This document shows, piece after piece, positions 8,968 to 18,192 of a stretch of 64,000 bases of DNA. The notes under the pieces are model-generated. The model was given only the letters and a program-made list of their open reading frames with translations, had not been told where the DNA came from and ran no database searches. How positions within the stretch are numbered: the first letter of the stretch is position 1; the number at the start of each line of letters is the position of its first letter. The stretch is from Candidatus Nanohaloarchaea archaeon (GTDB lineage Archaea; Nanohalarchaeota; Nanosalinia; Nanosalinales; Nanosalinaceae). The position numbers and the translations under genes were made by a program. The stretch spans positions 4,356 through 68,355 of the forward strand of contig JBDGRE010000001.1 in assembly GCA_042218325.1 (NCBI GenBank), read 5' to 3'.

Positions 8968-9399
8968 CTAACTCGACTGCTTCCGGACCATGTCCACATC
9001 GACTGTTGTCGGGATGGGGACTGCTGCGTCCAGTAGCTCGATCGTTACTTCACGGTTTGTCTCGTCGACCCGCTTGACCTTTGCCTGCTCTCCCTTGAAC
9101 GCGCCGCCGACTACCTCGACGGTGTCTCCGGTCTCTATCTTTATCTCTTTCTCCTCGTCCTTGAGGTACTTCTCTATCTTCTCGATGCCGACCTCCTCGT
9201 CGATCACTCCCCGGAGGTGGCGGATGTCGCTGGAGAGCTGCTGGATATCGTTCTCGTTGCCCTCGATGAAGATATACCCCTTCAGCTCTTCAGGGTGGAA
9301 GACGGCGCGCACATCCAGATCGCTTGTCTTTATCTTGGAGCGCATCTCCTCGATGGCCGTCTTCTCTCTTCCTCTCGTGGTTCTTGCGGTCAGTATCAT
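8968..9399 (-). CDS. spt5: Transcription elongation factor Spt5/NusG
   Basis: KGYIFIE NGN domain; KOW GDTVEVVGGAFKGEQAKV. Confidence 0.96.
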   Translation of the reverse strand: MILTARTTRGREKTAIEEMRSKIKTSDLDVRAVFHPEELKGYIFIEGNENDIQQLSSDIRHLRGVIDEEVGIEKIEKYLKDEEKEIKIETGDTVEVVGGAFKGEQAKVKRVDETNREVTIELLDAAVPIPTTVDVDMVRKQSS

Positions 9400-9403
9400 G
9401 GTT

Positions 9404-9604
9404 CTAGACGTACTGCGGTAGCAGGTTCGCGAGCAGGTAGAAGATGAACCCCATCAGGCCGATAACGAGCATCCCTGCTCCTGTGACCTTGGCGCTCATC
9501 TCGAACTCTTCGCGGTCAGGTTTCTGCGAAATCCTGAGGACTCTTATGTACTCGTTCAGCTTCTTTCGCAGGTCGTTCCTGAGCTTGCTTGGTTCGAAGT
9601 CCAT
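9404..9604 (-). CDS. secE: Protein translocase subunit SecE/Sec61-gamma
   Basis: EYIRVLRISQKPDREEF + TM helix; start 9604 or 9619. Confidence 0.93.
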   Translation of the reverse strand: MDFEPSKLRNDLRKKLNEYIRVLRISQKPDREEFEMSAKVTGAGMLVIGLMGFIFYLLANLLPQYV

Positions 9605-9721
9605 GCTTGGCGAACCCATCTATCCCCGGCCAGAAAGGTCGAATTATACGACCCTCCCACCAGAGGTGGTTCAAGCGGGTTTGTACAGATAGGTCTGAAG
9701 ACAATCTTTAAAAGGGGTCGG

Positions 9722-10066
9722 TCAGGGTGTGTAGGTCTCCGAGCGCGCTGGACATCTTAGCGGTGTCGCAGTGAACCTTTCCAGCTCCCCGCTCGACCCG
9801 CTCTGCACCATCCGCAGCGTCCCGCGCTCAGAGAGGTTTATGCTCTTGGTGGCTGTGCTGCCGTCGCTGTACTCCCACCTCAGTTCTGCTTCTCCGATGC
9901 TCCGGTTATTCACCTGCCGTACCATGGCCACGCTGGAGGAGGCTTCGTCAATCTTCAGCTGGACATCATCGCAGCTCGCGAATCGAGGTTCTGAGGCGGG
10001 TGCTGAAACATGGATGCAGCCGCTGGCCAGAACTGCCAGGAAAACGAGAGCTGCGGCCTGTTTCAT
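9722..10066 (-). CDS. Putative lipoprotein with two-Cys beta domain
   Basis: Lipobox-like LASGC; SCDDVQLKI...PLRCP. Confidence 0.65.
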   Translation of the reverse strand: MKQAAALVFLAVLASGCIHVSAPASEPRFASCDDVQLKIDEASSSVAMVRQVNNRSIGEAELRWEYSDGSTATKSINLSERGTLRMVQSGSSGELERFTATPLRCPARSETYTP

Positions 10067-10088
10067 ATCCCCTGTTTCGGTCCTCCGG

Positions 10089-10349
10089 TTAAAATATGTC
10101 CACGTCGGCGAAAAGCCTCTGCGTCCTCTCGGTCCCGAGCAGGAAGTATATCAGCCACCCGAGAGGTACGAACCATATCAGTACGAGGTAGATAACCCGC
10201 TGCTCCGATGCCAGGTCGCGGCGGGAGAGGCACCTGAAGGTGCCGTAAAGCTTGCCGGCGAACTCTATTAGGCCGAGTAGCAGGGCTCCCATGAAGAAAA
10301 GGCTGAAGGCCCCAAATCCTATCAGGCCGGCAAGGGTGTCGAGCGCCAT
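10089..10349 (-). CDS. Small membrane protein with PLDc N-terminal-like domain
   Basis: LVLIWFVPLGWLIYFLLG motif. Confidence 0.7.
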   Translation of the reverse strand: MALDTLAGLIGFGAFSLFFMGALLLGLIEFAGKLYGTFRCLSRRDLASEQRVIYLVLIWFVPLGWLIYFLLGTERTQRLFADVDIF

Positions 10350-10353
10350 ATCT

Positions 10354-11463
10354 CTATATGAACTCTACGCCGAGCTCCTTCTCGATTTCTTCCTCGTACT
10401 CGTCGCTGTGAGTCTTCTCCGGGCCGTAGATCTGTGGCGACTCGACGCCTGTGACGATTATCATCGACTGCAGGCTGGACTCCATGTCGTCCCTGATCTG
10501 GGCTCCCCAGATTACCTTCGCGGACTCGTCAAGCCTGCCCGAGACCGTGTTGACGACCTCCTGGGCCTCCTTCAGCGACAGGTCGGTGCCGCCCGTAACG
10601 TTGACAAGTGCGCCCTTGCCTCCCTCGATGTCGACATCGAGCAGCGGGTTCGACAGAGCTTTCTGGACTGCTTCCTGCGCCCGTGAATCTGTATCGCTCT
10701 GGCCCATTCCTATCATGGCTATGCCTCCCTCTCCCATCACCGCTCTTATGTCGGCGAAGTCGAGGTTGACGAGGCCGGGCTTCGTCACCAGTTCCGTTAC
10801 GCCCTTGACCGCGTTGACGAGTATCTCGTCGGCTATCTTGAACGCGGTGTTGAGTGAGACGTCTGGGACGATTTCGAGAAGCTTGTCGTTCGGAATTACT
10901 ATCAGTGTGTCGACTACGTCCTCGAGCATCTCCAGGCCGTACTCCGCGTTATCCTGCCGGGCCTGCCCCTCCATCTCGAACGGAAGGGTGACGATGCCTA
11001 CTGTCAGCGCGCCTTCCTTCTTCGCGGTCTGCGCGATGACCGGGGCGCTTCCGGTTCCTGTTCCGCCCCCGAGGCCGCAGGTCACGAACACCATGTCGGC
11101 GCCTCCCACGGCTTCCTTTACCTTCTGCTGGGATTCCTTCGCAGATTCCTCTCCGACCTTCGGGTCGGCGCCTGCTCCCAGTCCTCCTGTAAGCTCTTTA
11201 CCTATCAGTACTTTCTTGTCGGCGTTGGCATAGAGAAGGTCCTGCGCGTCGGTGTTCATAGCGATGGTCTCGCATCCCTCGATGCCGACCTCCACGAGCC
11301 GGGATATGGTATTGTTGCCCGCACCTCCGGAGCCGACGACCTTTATCTCTGCCTTCCGCTGCTCGATGAGTTCCTCAAGCTCATCGTCGATGTCGTGGTT
11401 TCCTTTTGACTGCGGTACCGAACCTGCGTTATTTCGCTGCGCTTCTTTGATCTGGTCTTCCAT
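10354..11463 (-). CDS. ftsZ: Cell division protein FtsZ
   Basis: GGAGNN, NTDAQDL, GLGGGTGTG tubulin signature, NLDFAD. Confidence 0.98.
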   Translation of the reverse strand: MEDQIKEAQRNNAGSVPQSKGNHDIDDELEELIEQRKAEIKVVGSGGAGNNTISRLVEVGIEGCETIAMNTDAQDLLYANADKKVLIGKELTGGLGAGADPKVGEESAKESQQKVKEAVGGADMVFVTCGLGGGTGTGSAPVIAQTAKKEGALTVGIVTLPFEMEGQARQDNAEYGLEMLEDVVDTLIVIPNDKLLEIVPDVSLNTAFKIADEILVNAVKGVTELVTKPGLVNLDFADIRAVMGEGGIAMIGMGQSDTDSRAQEAVQKALSNPLLDVDIEGGKGALVNVTGGTDLSLKEAQEVVNTVSGRLDESAKVIWGAQIRDDMESSLQSMIIVTGVESPQIYGPEKTHSDEYEEEIEKELGVEFI

Positions 11464-11564
11464 TGTAATCCCGGCCTCTCAAGTCGTTGTTATGTATGTT
11501 AAGTTATCCTGAACGTATATAAAAATGGTTTAATCGGGTGGTCGGTCTGCGTCGCCGTGTTTTT

Positions 11565-12233
11565 CTAGACGAACTCTACTTCCTCGAACCCTGTGTGCTC
11601 GAGGATTTCCTCCCGGATCTGTTCCCGGGCCTCTTCTGGTAGCTCGTGCTCGTGGTCGCCGTGGCTGTGGGTCTTCGGCACCTTTACCGTTCCGTCGTCG
11701 AACTCGATATCGCCGTGGCCGATACGGTAGTCGTAGATGTACTCCGCTATCTCCTCGTCATCCTCGACCTTTTCGTTGACGCGGACCCAGTAGTCGAGCT
11801 CTTTCCCGGCGAGCGGGTGGTTGAAGTCTACACGGACGCGCCCTGAGTTCACGGAGCGCACCTTTCCGCGCTGCTGTCCTATCATTATCTCCTCTCCAGG
11901 CCGTACCTGGACGCCCTGTTTCTCGAACTCTCTTTCCGGGTAAGTTTCTACCCTGTCGGAGTCTCTCGGGCCGTATGCTTTCTCCTCGGGGACCGTGATA
12001 TCTCTTTCATCGCCGACCTCCATGTCGAGCAGCGCCTCTTCAAGGCCTTCGATGACGTATTCTTCGCCGATGAGAACCGGTACGGGCTTGTACTCTGCAT
12101 CCTCTCGCTTCATACCTTCCTCTTCCGCTTTATCTTCGAGCGTCAGGTCGAATATCTCTCCGTCTGTTTTCCCGATGTAGTCGATGAGGACGAGGTCGCC
12201 TTCTTCCACACCGTCGAAGTCAACGGCGAACAT
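11565..12233 (-). CDS. slyD: FKBP-type peptidyl-prolyl isomerase (SlyD-like)
   Basis: VIEGLEEAL, PEEKAYG, VDFNHPLAGKEL, His-rich C-terminus. Confidence 0.93.
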   Translation of the reverse strand: MFAVDFDGVEEGDLVLIDYIGKTDGEIFDLTLEDKAEEEGMKREDAEYKPVPVLIGEEYVIEGLEEALLDMEVGDERDITVPEEKAYGPRDSDRVETYPEREFEKQGVQVRPGEEIMIGQQRGKVRSVNSGRVRVDFNHPLAGKELDYWVRVNEKVEDDEEIAEYIYDYRIGHGDIEFDDGTVKVPKTHSHGDHEHELPEEAREQIREEILEHTGFEEVEFV

Positions 12234-12636
12234 TAAAAGTGCTGGCCTCGAGCACACGGCTCTCCGTCTCCAGTACGAAGTCCTGCAGCCTGCCGGACCG
12301 GTCGAGCAGCAACAGCGAAGCTCCTGTAAGGTTGTAGACCATGTCGTCGTAGCCGAAGAAACGGTACGGGAGCTGGCCCTGCATGACCTCTAGAGAGGCG
12401 CCGAACGCGACAGCGGCAGCGACCGCTAACAACGTGCTGTTCCTGGTTCCCCGGCCACGGAGGTAGAGGCCGGTCGAGAAAGCGAGCGCGAGGTAGGCCG
12501 CGAAGTGGCCGAGCGTGAAAAGGCTGAAGCCGAGTCCTGTTCCCGGCGGCCCACTGCTGAATATCGGCGCGAGGCTGAGGTAGGATATAGTGGCGGCTGT
12601 TCCCAGCGCTGCGGCGAGGTTCAGCCTGCGCTTCAT
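12220..12636 (-). CDS. VanZ-family membrane protein
   Basis: GHFAAY, EVMQGQLPYRFFGYDDMVYNLTG. Confidence 0.8.
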   Translation of the reverse strand: MKRRLNLAAALGTAATISYLSLAPIFSSGPPGTGLGFSLFTLGHFAAYLALAFSTGLYLRGRGTRNSTLLAVAAAVAFGASLEVMQGQLPYRFFGYDDMVYNLTGASLLLLDRSGRLQDFVLETESRVLEASTFNVRR

Positions 12637-12691
12637 AGACCTGGATTTGGGCTGGAGAACGGTTAAAAGCTTTGCAGCCCGAAATGCCAAT

Positions 12692-12961
12692 ATGGACTGG
12701 ATAACACGTCTCCCCGACCGTCTACGTGTCTCGCTGGAATCTCTTCTGGACTCCGTCGAGCAGCACGAGGAAACCTACCTTGAGGCGCAAAACGCGCCTG
12801 TCGGCCAGATATGGGTCGCACTCGCCTACATGAACCAGCGCATCGGGAAGCTCGAGGACCTTGTCAACGCGCAGCGGAAGGCTCTCAACCAGCTCGACCA
12901 GGAAGTCGACATCGACCGGCACCTTGAGAGCGACCTTGAGGAAAGCCTGAAGCGGTACTAG
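12692..12961 (+). CDS. Hypothetical coiled-coil protein
   Basis: Acidic ORF MDWITRLP...; AQNAPVGQIWVAL followed by heptads. Confidence 0.7.
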   Translation: MDWITRLPDRLRVSLESLLDSVEQHEETYLEAQNAPVGQIWVALAYMNQRIGKLEDLVNAQRKALNQLDQEVDIDRHLESDLEESLKRY

Positions 12962-13018
12962 TCGGGAATATACCAGCTCAGTGTCATCGAGCATCTCCTT
13001 CTCTGGCGACGAGAACTC

Positions 13019-13333
13019 TTACACGAACTCCTCCAGATCCCCCTGGTGTTCTCCTTCTATCGCCCGGCTCAGCTCATTCAGACCATCCCTGTAATCTTCA
13101 TCCAGCGCCAGACCGTTGCCGTTCCTGTGGAGAACGCCCTGTCTGCGCAGGCTTTCCGCCTCCTGCTCCAGGTCCTCGACGCCGGCCGCCTCACCATACT
13201 TCCTGAACTCGTCGTAGCTGAAGGACCGGTCAGGAGAGGAATCCTTTATGTAGATGCTGAGCGCGGCAAGGTACCTGGGGAGAGTGAACCTTCCCCTTTT
13301 CGAGGGACCTCCAGGGCTCTGCGGTCTTTTCAT
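13019..13333 (-). CDS. Hypothetical protein, possible winged helix
   Basis: Directly follows leuS; EQEAESLRRQGVLHRNGNGLAL resembles a wH recognition helix/wing. Confidence 0.5.
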   Translation of the reverse strand: MKRPQSPGGPSKRGRFTLPRYLAALSIYIKDSSPDRSFSYDEFRKYGEAAGVEDLEQEAESLRRQGVLHRNGNGLALDEDYRDGLNELSRAIEGEHQGDLEEFV

Positions 13334-13340
13334 CGTGCTC

Positions 13341-16118
13341 TTACTCCATCACTATCGCGGGCCGCCCCGGCTCTGCGCGTGACGCCTTTTCCTCGTCGGA
13401 ATCTTGCTCGCGCTCCGTAGTTACGTCGACGCTGAACTCGTCTTCCCATCTTTCCCTGTTCTGCCTAAGTGCCTCGGACTCTGTTTCCTCATGCGTAAAT
13501 CTCTTCTCGAATTTTCCAGGGTTCTCCGCAGCTTCTTCCGTCATCGAACTTATCTCCGAGGCATGCTGCTTAAGCTCTTCGTCTAGAATCTGGTCCATGA
13601 TGGAACCGATGTCGTTATTGCCGGATTTCACCTGCTCCAGTATCCTTCTTTCTGCCTCGTACTTCCAGCTGTCCGCCCTGATAAGTTTGATTGTGGAAGG
13701 TTCGCCGTCGTAGAGCTCTTCTATCTCGCGGATATCGCTGGCCACTCTATCATGGTACTCATCGATGATTTCCGCTTCCTCGTCTACAAGTGCTTGCTGT
13801 GGCTCCGGCCACTCGGTCTCAACAAGGAAACTGCTCTTTTCGAGCTCTTCCTGCCAAATCTGCTCTGAAATGTGGGGTGAGAACGGCGCCAGCATCTGTA
13901 TAAATTTCTCAATTCCATGCGCCATGACGGCCTCGTCTGGGTCCTGATCGCTGTACCAGAAAAGTTTGGAAAGGAGCTTGTCGAGCTCGTTTATAGCCAG
14001 GTTGAACTCGTAGTTCTCCATGTGTTCTGTAACCTTCTCGATCGTTCTCTGTATTCTAGTCGCGGCTATCCTGTCTTGGAGGTTTGAGTCCGAGATATCG
14101 GGTTCGTCTCCTTCAGCCCTGTTCTGGTCCACGAGCCTTGCTACTCTCTCCAGCATCTCCTTGGAGGCCTCTACGCCATCCGACGACCAGTCCAACTCCT
14201 TCGCCGGATGAGAGGCCCTGAGTATGAAGAGCCGGGCGGTGTCTGCGCCGTAGTCCTCTATAAGCTCGTTCGGATCGACCACGTTGTTCTTCGACTTCGA
14301 CATCTTCATCACTTCGACCTCTACCTCGCTGCCGCATCTGGTGCAGGTACTGTTCTCTTCCACTTCTTCTGGGTATATCCAGCCGTGCTCCGGGCAGTTG
14401 TAAGCCGGGTGGTTGACCATTCCCTGTGTGAGGAGACGCTCGAACGGTTCGTCCTGGTCGAGCATGTCGATGTCGCGGAAGAACTTGGTGAAGAACCTCG
14501 CGTACAGCAGGTGCATGACCGCGTGCTCGATGCCTCCTATGTACTGGTCTACATTCATCCAGTAGTTCGCTGCTTCAGTGTCGAATGGTGCCTCCTCGAA
14601 GTCCGGCGAGCAGTACCGGAGGAAGTACCAGGATGAGCCGACGAAGGTATCCATCGTATCTGTCTCCCGCTCCGCGCTTCCACCGCAGTCGGGGCACTCC
14701 GTTTCGATAAAAGTGTCCGAAGTCTCGATAGGGTTGCCCTGGCCGGTGAACTCCACATCCTCAGGTAGCTCGACGGGTAAATCCTCCTCCGGCACGGGGA
14801 CAACTCCGCATTCGTCGCAGTAAACGACAGGTATGGGTGTGCCCCAGTATCGCTGTCTGGATATCAACCAGTCACGCAGTTTGTAATTGACATCAGGCTT
14901 TCCCATGTCCTCCTGCTCAAGTATCTCGATTATCTCTTCCTTGGCTTCCTCGTTGTAAAGCCCATTGATTTCACCGGAGTCCACGTGTTTCCCGTCTCCC
15001 TCGTACGCCTCTTCGTCGAAGTCATGCTCTTCCTCTGGCTCTATCACAGGTTTGATATCGATACAGTGTTCCCTGGCGAACTCGAAATCCCTCTGGTCGT
15101 GTGCCGGGACCGCCATGATGGCTCCCGTACCGTAGTCGGTCAGAACGAACTCCGCGACGTACACAGGAATCTCTTCACCGTTCAGGGGATTGACCGCGTA
15201 TCTGCCGGTGAAAACACCCGACTTCGTTTTCTCCTCTCGCTCCTCCGAGTCGCGCTTCTTCGCCTCGCTGATGTACTCCGAGACATCATCGTTCTCCTCT
15301 GCTATCTCCTCGGCCAGAGGATGCTCGGGTGCGAGAGCCATGAATGTGGCGCCGTAGATAGTGTCGGGCCTCGTCGTGAAGACTTCCAGATCTCCCCCGT
15401 CTTCAAGAGGGAACTCTATTGTAGCTCCGTGGCTCTTACCTATCCAGTCTCTCTGCATCTTCTTGACCTTGTCAGGCCAGCCCTCCAGCGTGTCGAGTTC
15501 ATCCAGCAGCTGGTCGGAGTAATCGGTTATATCGAGGAACCACTGCTTCATGTCTTTTTTCTCAACCACCGAGTCGCATCTCCAGCAGAGGCCGTCTTCC
15601 ACCTGTTCATCGGCGAGCACGGTCTCGCAACCCGGGCACCAGTTGACCTCCGATTCTCCCCTGTAGGCGAGGTCCTCTTCAAGCATCTTGAGGAATATCC
15701 ATTGGTTCCACCTGTAGTACTCGGGCTTGTATGTCGCTACCTCTCTCCTCCAGTCGTATGAGAGACCGAGCGTCTTGAGCTGCTTCTTCATGTTCTGGAT
15801 GCAATCCTCTGTCCACTCTTTAGGATTCACATCACGGTCTATTGCCGCGTTCTCCGCGGGCAGACCGAAGGAATCCCACCCCATAGGGTAGATGACGTTG
15901 TATCCCTGCATCCGCCTGTAACGGGCGAAAGCGTCCCCTATGGAATAGTTCCGGACGTGGCCCATGTGCATGTCGCCCGAGGGGTAAGGGAACATCTCAA
16001 GCACGTAGTACTTTTCCTTTGACTCATCCGCCTCGGTCTCGTGAATACCGGCTTCCTGCCACTTTTGCTGCCACTTGTCCTCGAACCTGTTCAGCTTTGA
16101 GACGAAATCTTCTTCCAT
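13341..16118 (-). CDS. leuS: Leucine--tRNA ligase (bacterial-type core)
   Basis: MFPYPSG, HMGH, TTRPDT, DWLISRQRYWG, KMSKS. Confidence 0.97.
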   Translation of the reverse strand: MEEDFVSKLNRFEDKWQQKWQEAGIHETEADESKEKYYVLEMFPYPSGDMHMGHVRNYSIGDAFARYRRMQGYNVIYPMGWDSFGLPAENAAIDRDVNPKEWTEDCIQNMKKQLKTLGLSYDWRREVATYKPEYYRWNQWIFLKMLEEDLAYRGESEVNWCPGCETVLADEQVEDGLCWRCDSVVEKKDMKQWFLDITDYSDQLLDELDTLEGWPDKVKKMQRDWIGKSHGATIEFPLEDGGDLEVFTTRPDTIYGATFMALAPEHPLAEEIAEENDDVSEYISEAKKRDSEEREEKTKSGVFTGRYAVNPLNGEEIPVYVAEFVLTDYGTGAIMAVPAHDQRDFEFAREHCIDIKPVIEPEEEHDFDEEAYEGDGKHVDSGEINGLYNEEAKEEIIEILEQEDMGKPDVNYKLRDWLISRQRYWGTPIPVVYCDECGVVPVPEEDLPVELPEDVEFTGQGNPIETSDTFIETECPDCGGSAERETDTMDTFVGSSWYFLRYCSPDFEEAPFDTEAANYWMNVDQYIGGIEHAVMHLLYARFFTKFFRDIDMLDQDEPFERLLTQGMVNHPAYNCPEHGWIYPEEVEENSTCTRCGSEVEVEVMKMSKSKNNVVDPNELIEDYGADTARLFILRASHPAKELDWSSDGVEASKEMLERVARLVDQNRAEGDEPDISDSNLQDRIAATRIQRTIEKVTEHMENYEFNLAINELDKLLSKLFWYSDQDPDEAVMAHGIEKFIQMLAPFSPHISEQIWQEELEKSSFLVETEWPEPQQALVDEEAEIIDEYHDRVASDIREIEELYDGEPSTIKLIRADSWKYEAERRILEQVKSGNNDIGSIMDQILDEELKQHASEISSMTEEAAENPGKFEKRFTHEETESEALRQNRERWEDEFSVDVTTEREQDSDEEKASRAEPGRPAIVME

Positions 16119-16210
16119 GAGAGAGCCTGCGAATCAAAGTTATTTCAATATAACCGCTTTCACCCGGTCGACTAAGATTATAAAAGCGGGCGATAAATGG
16201 TTATGATACG

Positions 16211-16978
16211 ATGACCCGGCTGATATGCGTTAGCAGCGGGAAGGGAGGGACAGGAAAAACCACAGTAACTTCCAACATAGGAGCCGCGCTGACGCAGTTC
16301 GGCTCCGACACGATAGTTCTTGATGCCAACCTGACCAATCCCAACCTCGGGTTCCATCTCGGCATCCCGCTCTATCCGAAGACCTTACACGATGTTCTCA
16401 AGGGCGACGCGCATATAACCGAGGCGATGTACATCCACAACTCGGGACTCCGTGTAGTGCCCGCGGGACTGTCCATCGAGGACCTCGTTGATACGTCGCC
16501 GGAGAACCTGAGCGATGTGCTGCTCGACGCGGTCGGCGAACCTGACCACGTACTGGTCGATTCCGCCGCGGGTCTCGGCAACGAGTCCATCAATGCCATC
16601 GAGGCCTCGGACGAGACACTTATCGTCACCAACCCGAACCTTCCCGCCGTGACCGATGCGCTGAAGACGGTCAACATCGCGGAGGAGGCAGGCACCGACG
16701 TTCTCGGAGTGGTACTCAACAGGGTGCAAGGCCATGACTCGGAGCTTGACAGGGAAGAGGTCGAATCCATGATAGGCTACCCTGTGCTGACAGAGGTGCC
16801 AGAGCACGAGAAGGTGCAGGAGGCGCTGGCCGTCAAGAAGCCGGTGGTCCATCACGAGCCGGACCACCACGTATCGGAGAGGTTCAAGGGACTGGCCGCG
16901 GACATAGCAGGCCTCGATTACGAGCCGGATATACAGGAGAAAGGACTTTTATCCCGCGTTATGGAAAGGTTCAGATGA
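16211..16978 (+). CDS. minD: MinD/ParA-family ATPase
   Basis: Deviant Walker A SGKGGTGKTT, DSAAG, C-terminal amphipathic GLLSRVMERFR. Confidence 0.9.
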   Translation: MTRLICVSSGKGGTGKTTVTSNIGAALTQFGSDTIVLDANLTNPNLGFHLGIPLYPKTLHDVLKGDAHITEAMYIHNSGLRVVPAGLSIEDLVDTSPENLSDVLLDAVGEPDHVLVDSAAGLGNESINAIEASDETLIVTNPNLPAVTDALKTVNIAEEAGTDVLGVVLNRVQGHDSELDREEVESMIGYPVLTEVPEHEKVQEALAVKKPVVHHEPDHHVSERFKGLAADIAGLDYEPDIQEKGLLSRVMERFR

Positions 16979-17355
16979 TGCGCGGGAACGCCCTGATGAG
17001 GCCGGGCACTATTTTCATAGTCGCTGTCGGACTTGTTATAGGGCTCGGGGTGTATAACTGGTCGGAGCAGCTGTTCCCTTCACCCGAGAAAAACGATAGT
17101 TCGCGGGCGATAGACTGCAGTACCCTGGATGTCAACTTCCTGGGTCAGGAGGACAACGGAACGCACCACACTGTTTTCTTGCAGCCCAGCAGGAGGGTTT
17201 CCTACGCGGTGGTGTTCGAGGGCTCGCAGGACAATTTCACGCGCATAGTCGAGAGCTCGCCGGCGGGAGAGGTCACAGAACTGACCGCGCCCATATCACC
17301 GGTTCAGGGCGTTAGAGCAAAGGTAGACGGCTGCTCCCGCGTATTCCGGCCGTGA
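16975..17355 (+). CDS. Membrane-anchored pilin-like protein with two-Cys domain
   Basis: TM helix, IDCSTLDVNF...VDGCS; overlaps the minD stop. Confidence 0.6.
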   Translation: MMRGNALMRPGTIFIVAVGLVIGLGVYNWSEQLFPSPEKNDSSRAIDCSTLDVNFLGQEDNGTHHTVFLQPSRRVSYAVVFEGSQDNFTRIVESSPAGEVTELTAPISPVQGVRAKVDGCSRVFRP

Positions 17356-17390
17356 CCAGAAGCTTTTATTAGTCCGGAACTAAACTTCCG

Positions 17391-18155
17391 GTGATGACAA
17401 GGGTCGTATCGGTCGTTTCGGGCAAGGGCGGGGTCGGCAAGACCACGCTCACCGCCAACATCGGCACCTCACTCGCACAGCAGGGCGAGGACGTACTGAT
17501 AATAGACGGCAACTTCTCCGGGGCCAACATGTCACAGCACTTCGGCCTGGGCTTCCAGGACGTATCCCTTAACGACGTACTGAAAGGCGAGGCCTACATA
17601 ACTCAGGCGGTTTCCAAGCATCCGGCCGGCGTATCGGTACTGCCCGCGAGTGTTCTCGAGTTCAATACTGACGCGGACAACCTGAAGCACTCGATCGTCG
17701 AGTTCCTCGGGGACAAGGACTTCGTCTTCATAGATGCGGCCGCGGGAACCGACGACGAGGTACAGGCCGCGATAGAGGCGAGCGACGAGGTCTTGCTCGT
17801 CTCCGAGCCGGAGCTTCCGTCGCTGACCAACTGTCTCGGCGCGAAGAAGCTCGCGGAACAGCTGGACAGGCACGTCATAGGTCTGGTCCTAAACTCTGTA
17901 AGAGGTGAAAAATCCGAGGTAGATATGCAGGACGTTCGCGAACTGGTGGAGGTAGACATAATAGGCAAGGTGCCGGACCACAAGCACGTACGTGAAGGTA
18001 TAGCCCTCCGGGAGCCTGTCGTATCCTACAAGCCTAACTCCCGTGCATCCCAGTCCATAGAAGATATAGCTTACCGGCTGAAAGGCGAGGAGCCGCCGAC
18101 AAGAGGGCTCGTCGATAGCATGAAGGCAAAGGTAAACGACGTATCCCCGTTCTGA
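17391..18155 (+). CDS. minD: MinD/ParA-family ATPase (second paralog)
   Basis: SGKGGVGKTT, DAAAG. Confidence 0.9.
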   Translation: MMTRVVSVVSGKGGVGKTTLTANIGTSLAQQGEDVLIIDGNFSGANMSQHFGLGFQDVSLNDVLKGEAYITQAVSKHPAGVSVLPASVLEFNTDADNLKHSIVEFLGDKDFVFIDAAAGTDDEVQAAIEASDEVLLVSEPELPSLTNCLGAKKLAEQLDRHVIGLVLNSVRGEKSEVDMQDVRELVEVDIIGKVPDHKHVREGIALREPVVSYKPNSRASQSIEDIAYRLKGEEPPTRGLVDSMKAKVNDVSPF

Positions 18156-18192
18156 CCGCAGCTATTAAATCCTGCTTCGCGAATGGTTCTAC

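Noticed and set aside
9655-9685. GGTTCAAG resembling a tRNA T-arm
   Set aside because: No acceptor, D or anticodon stems at the correct spacing
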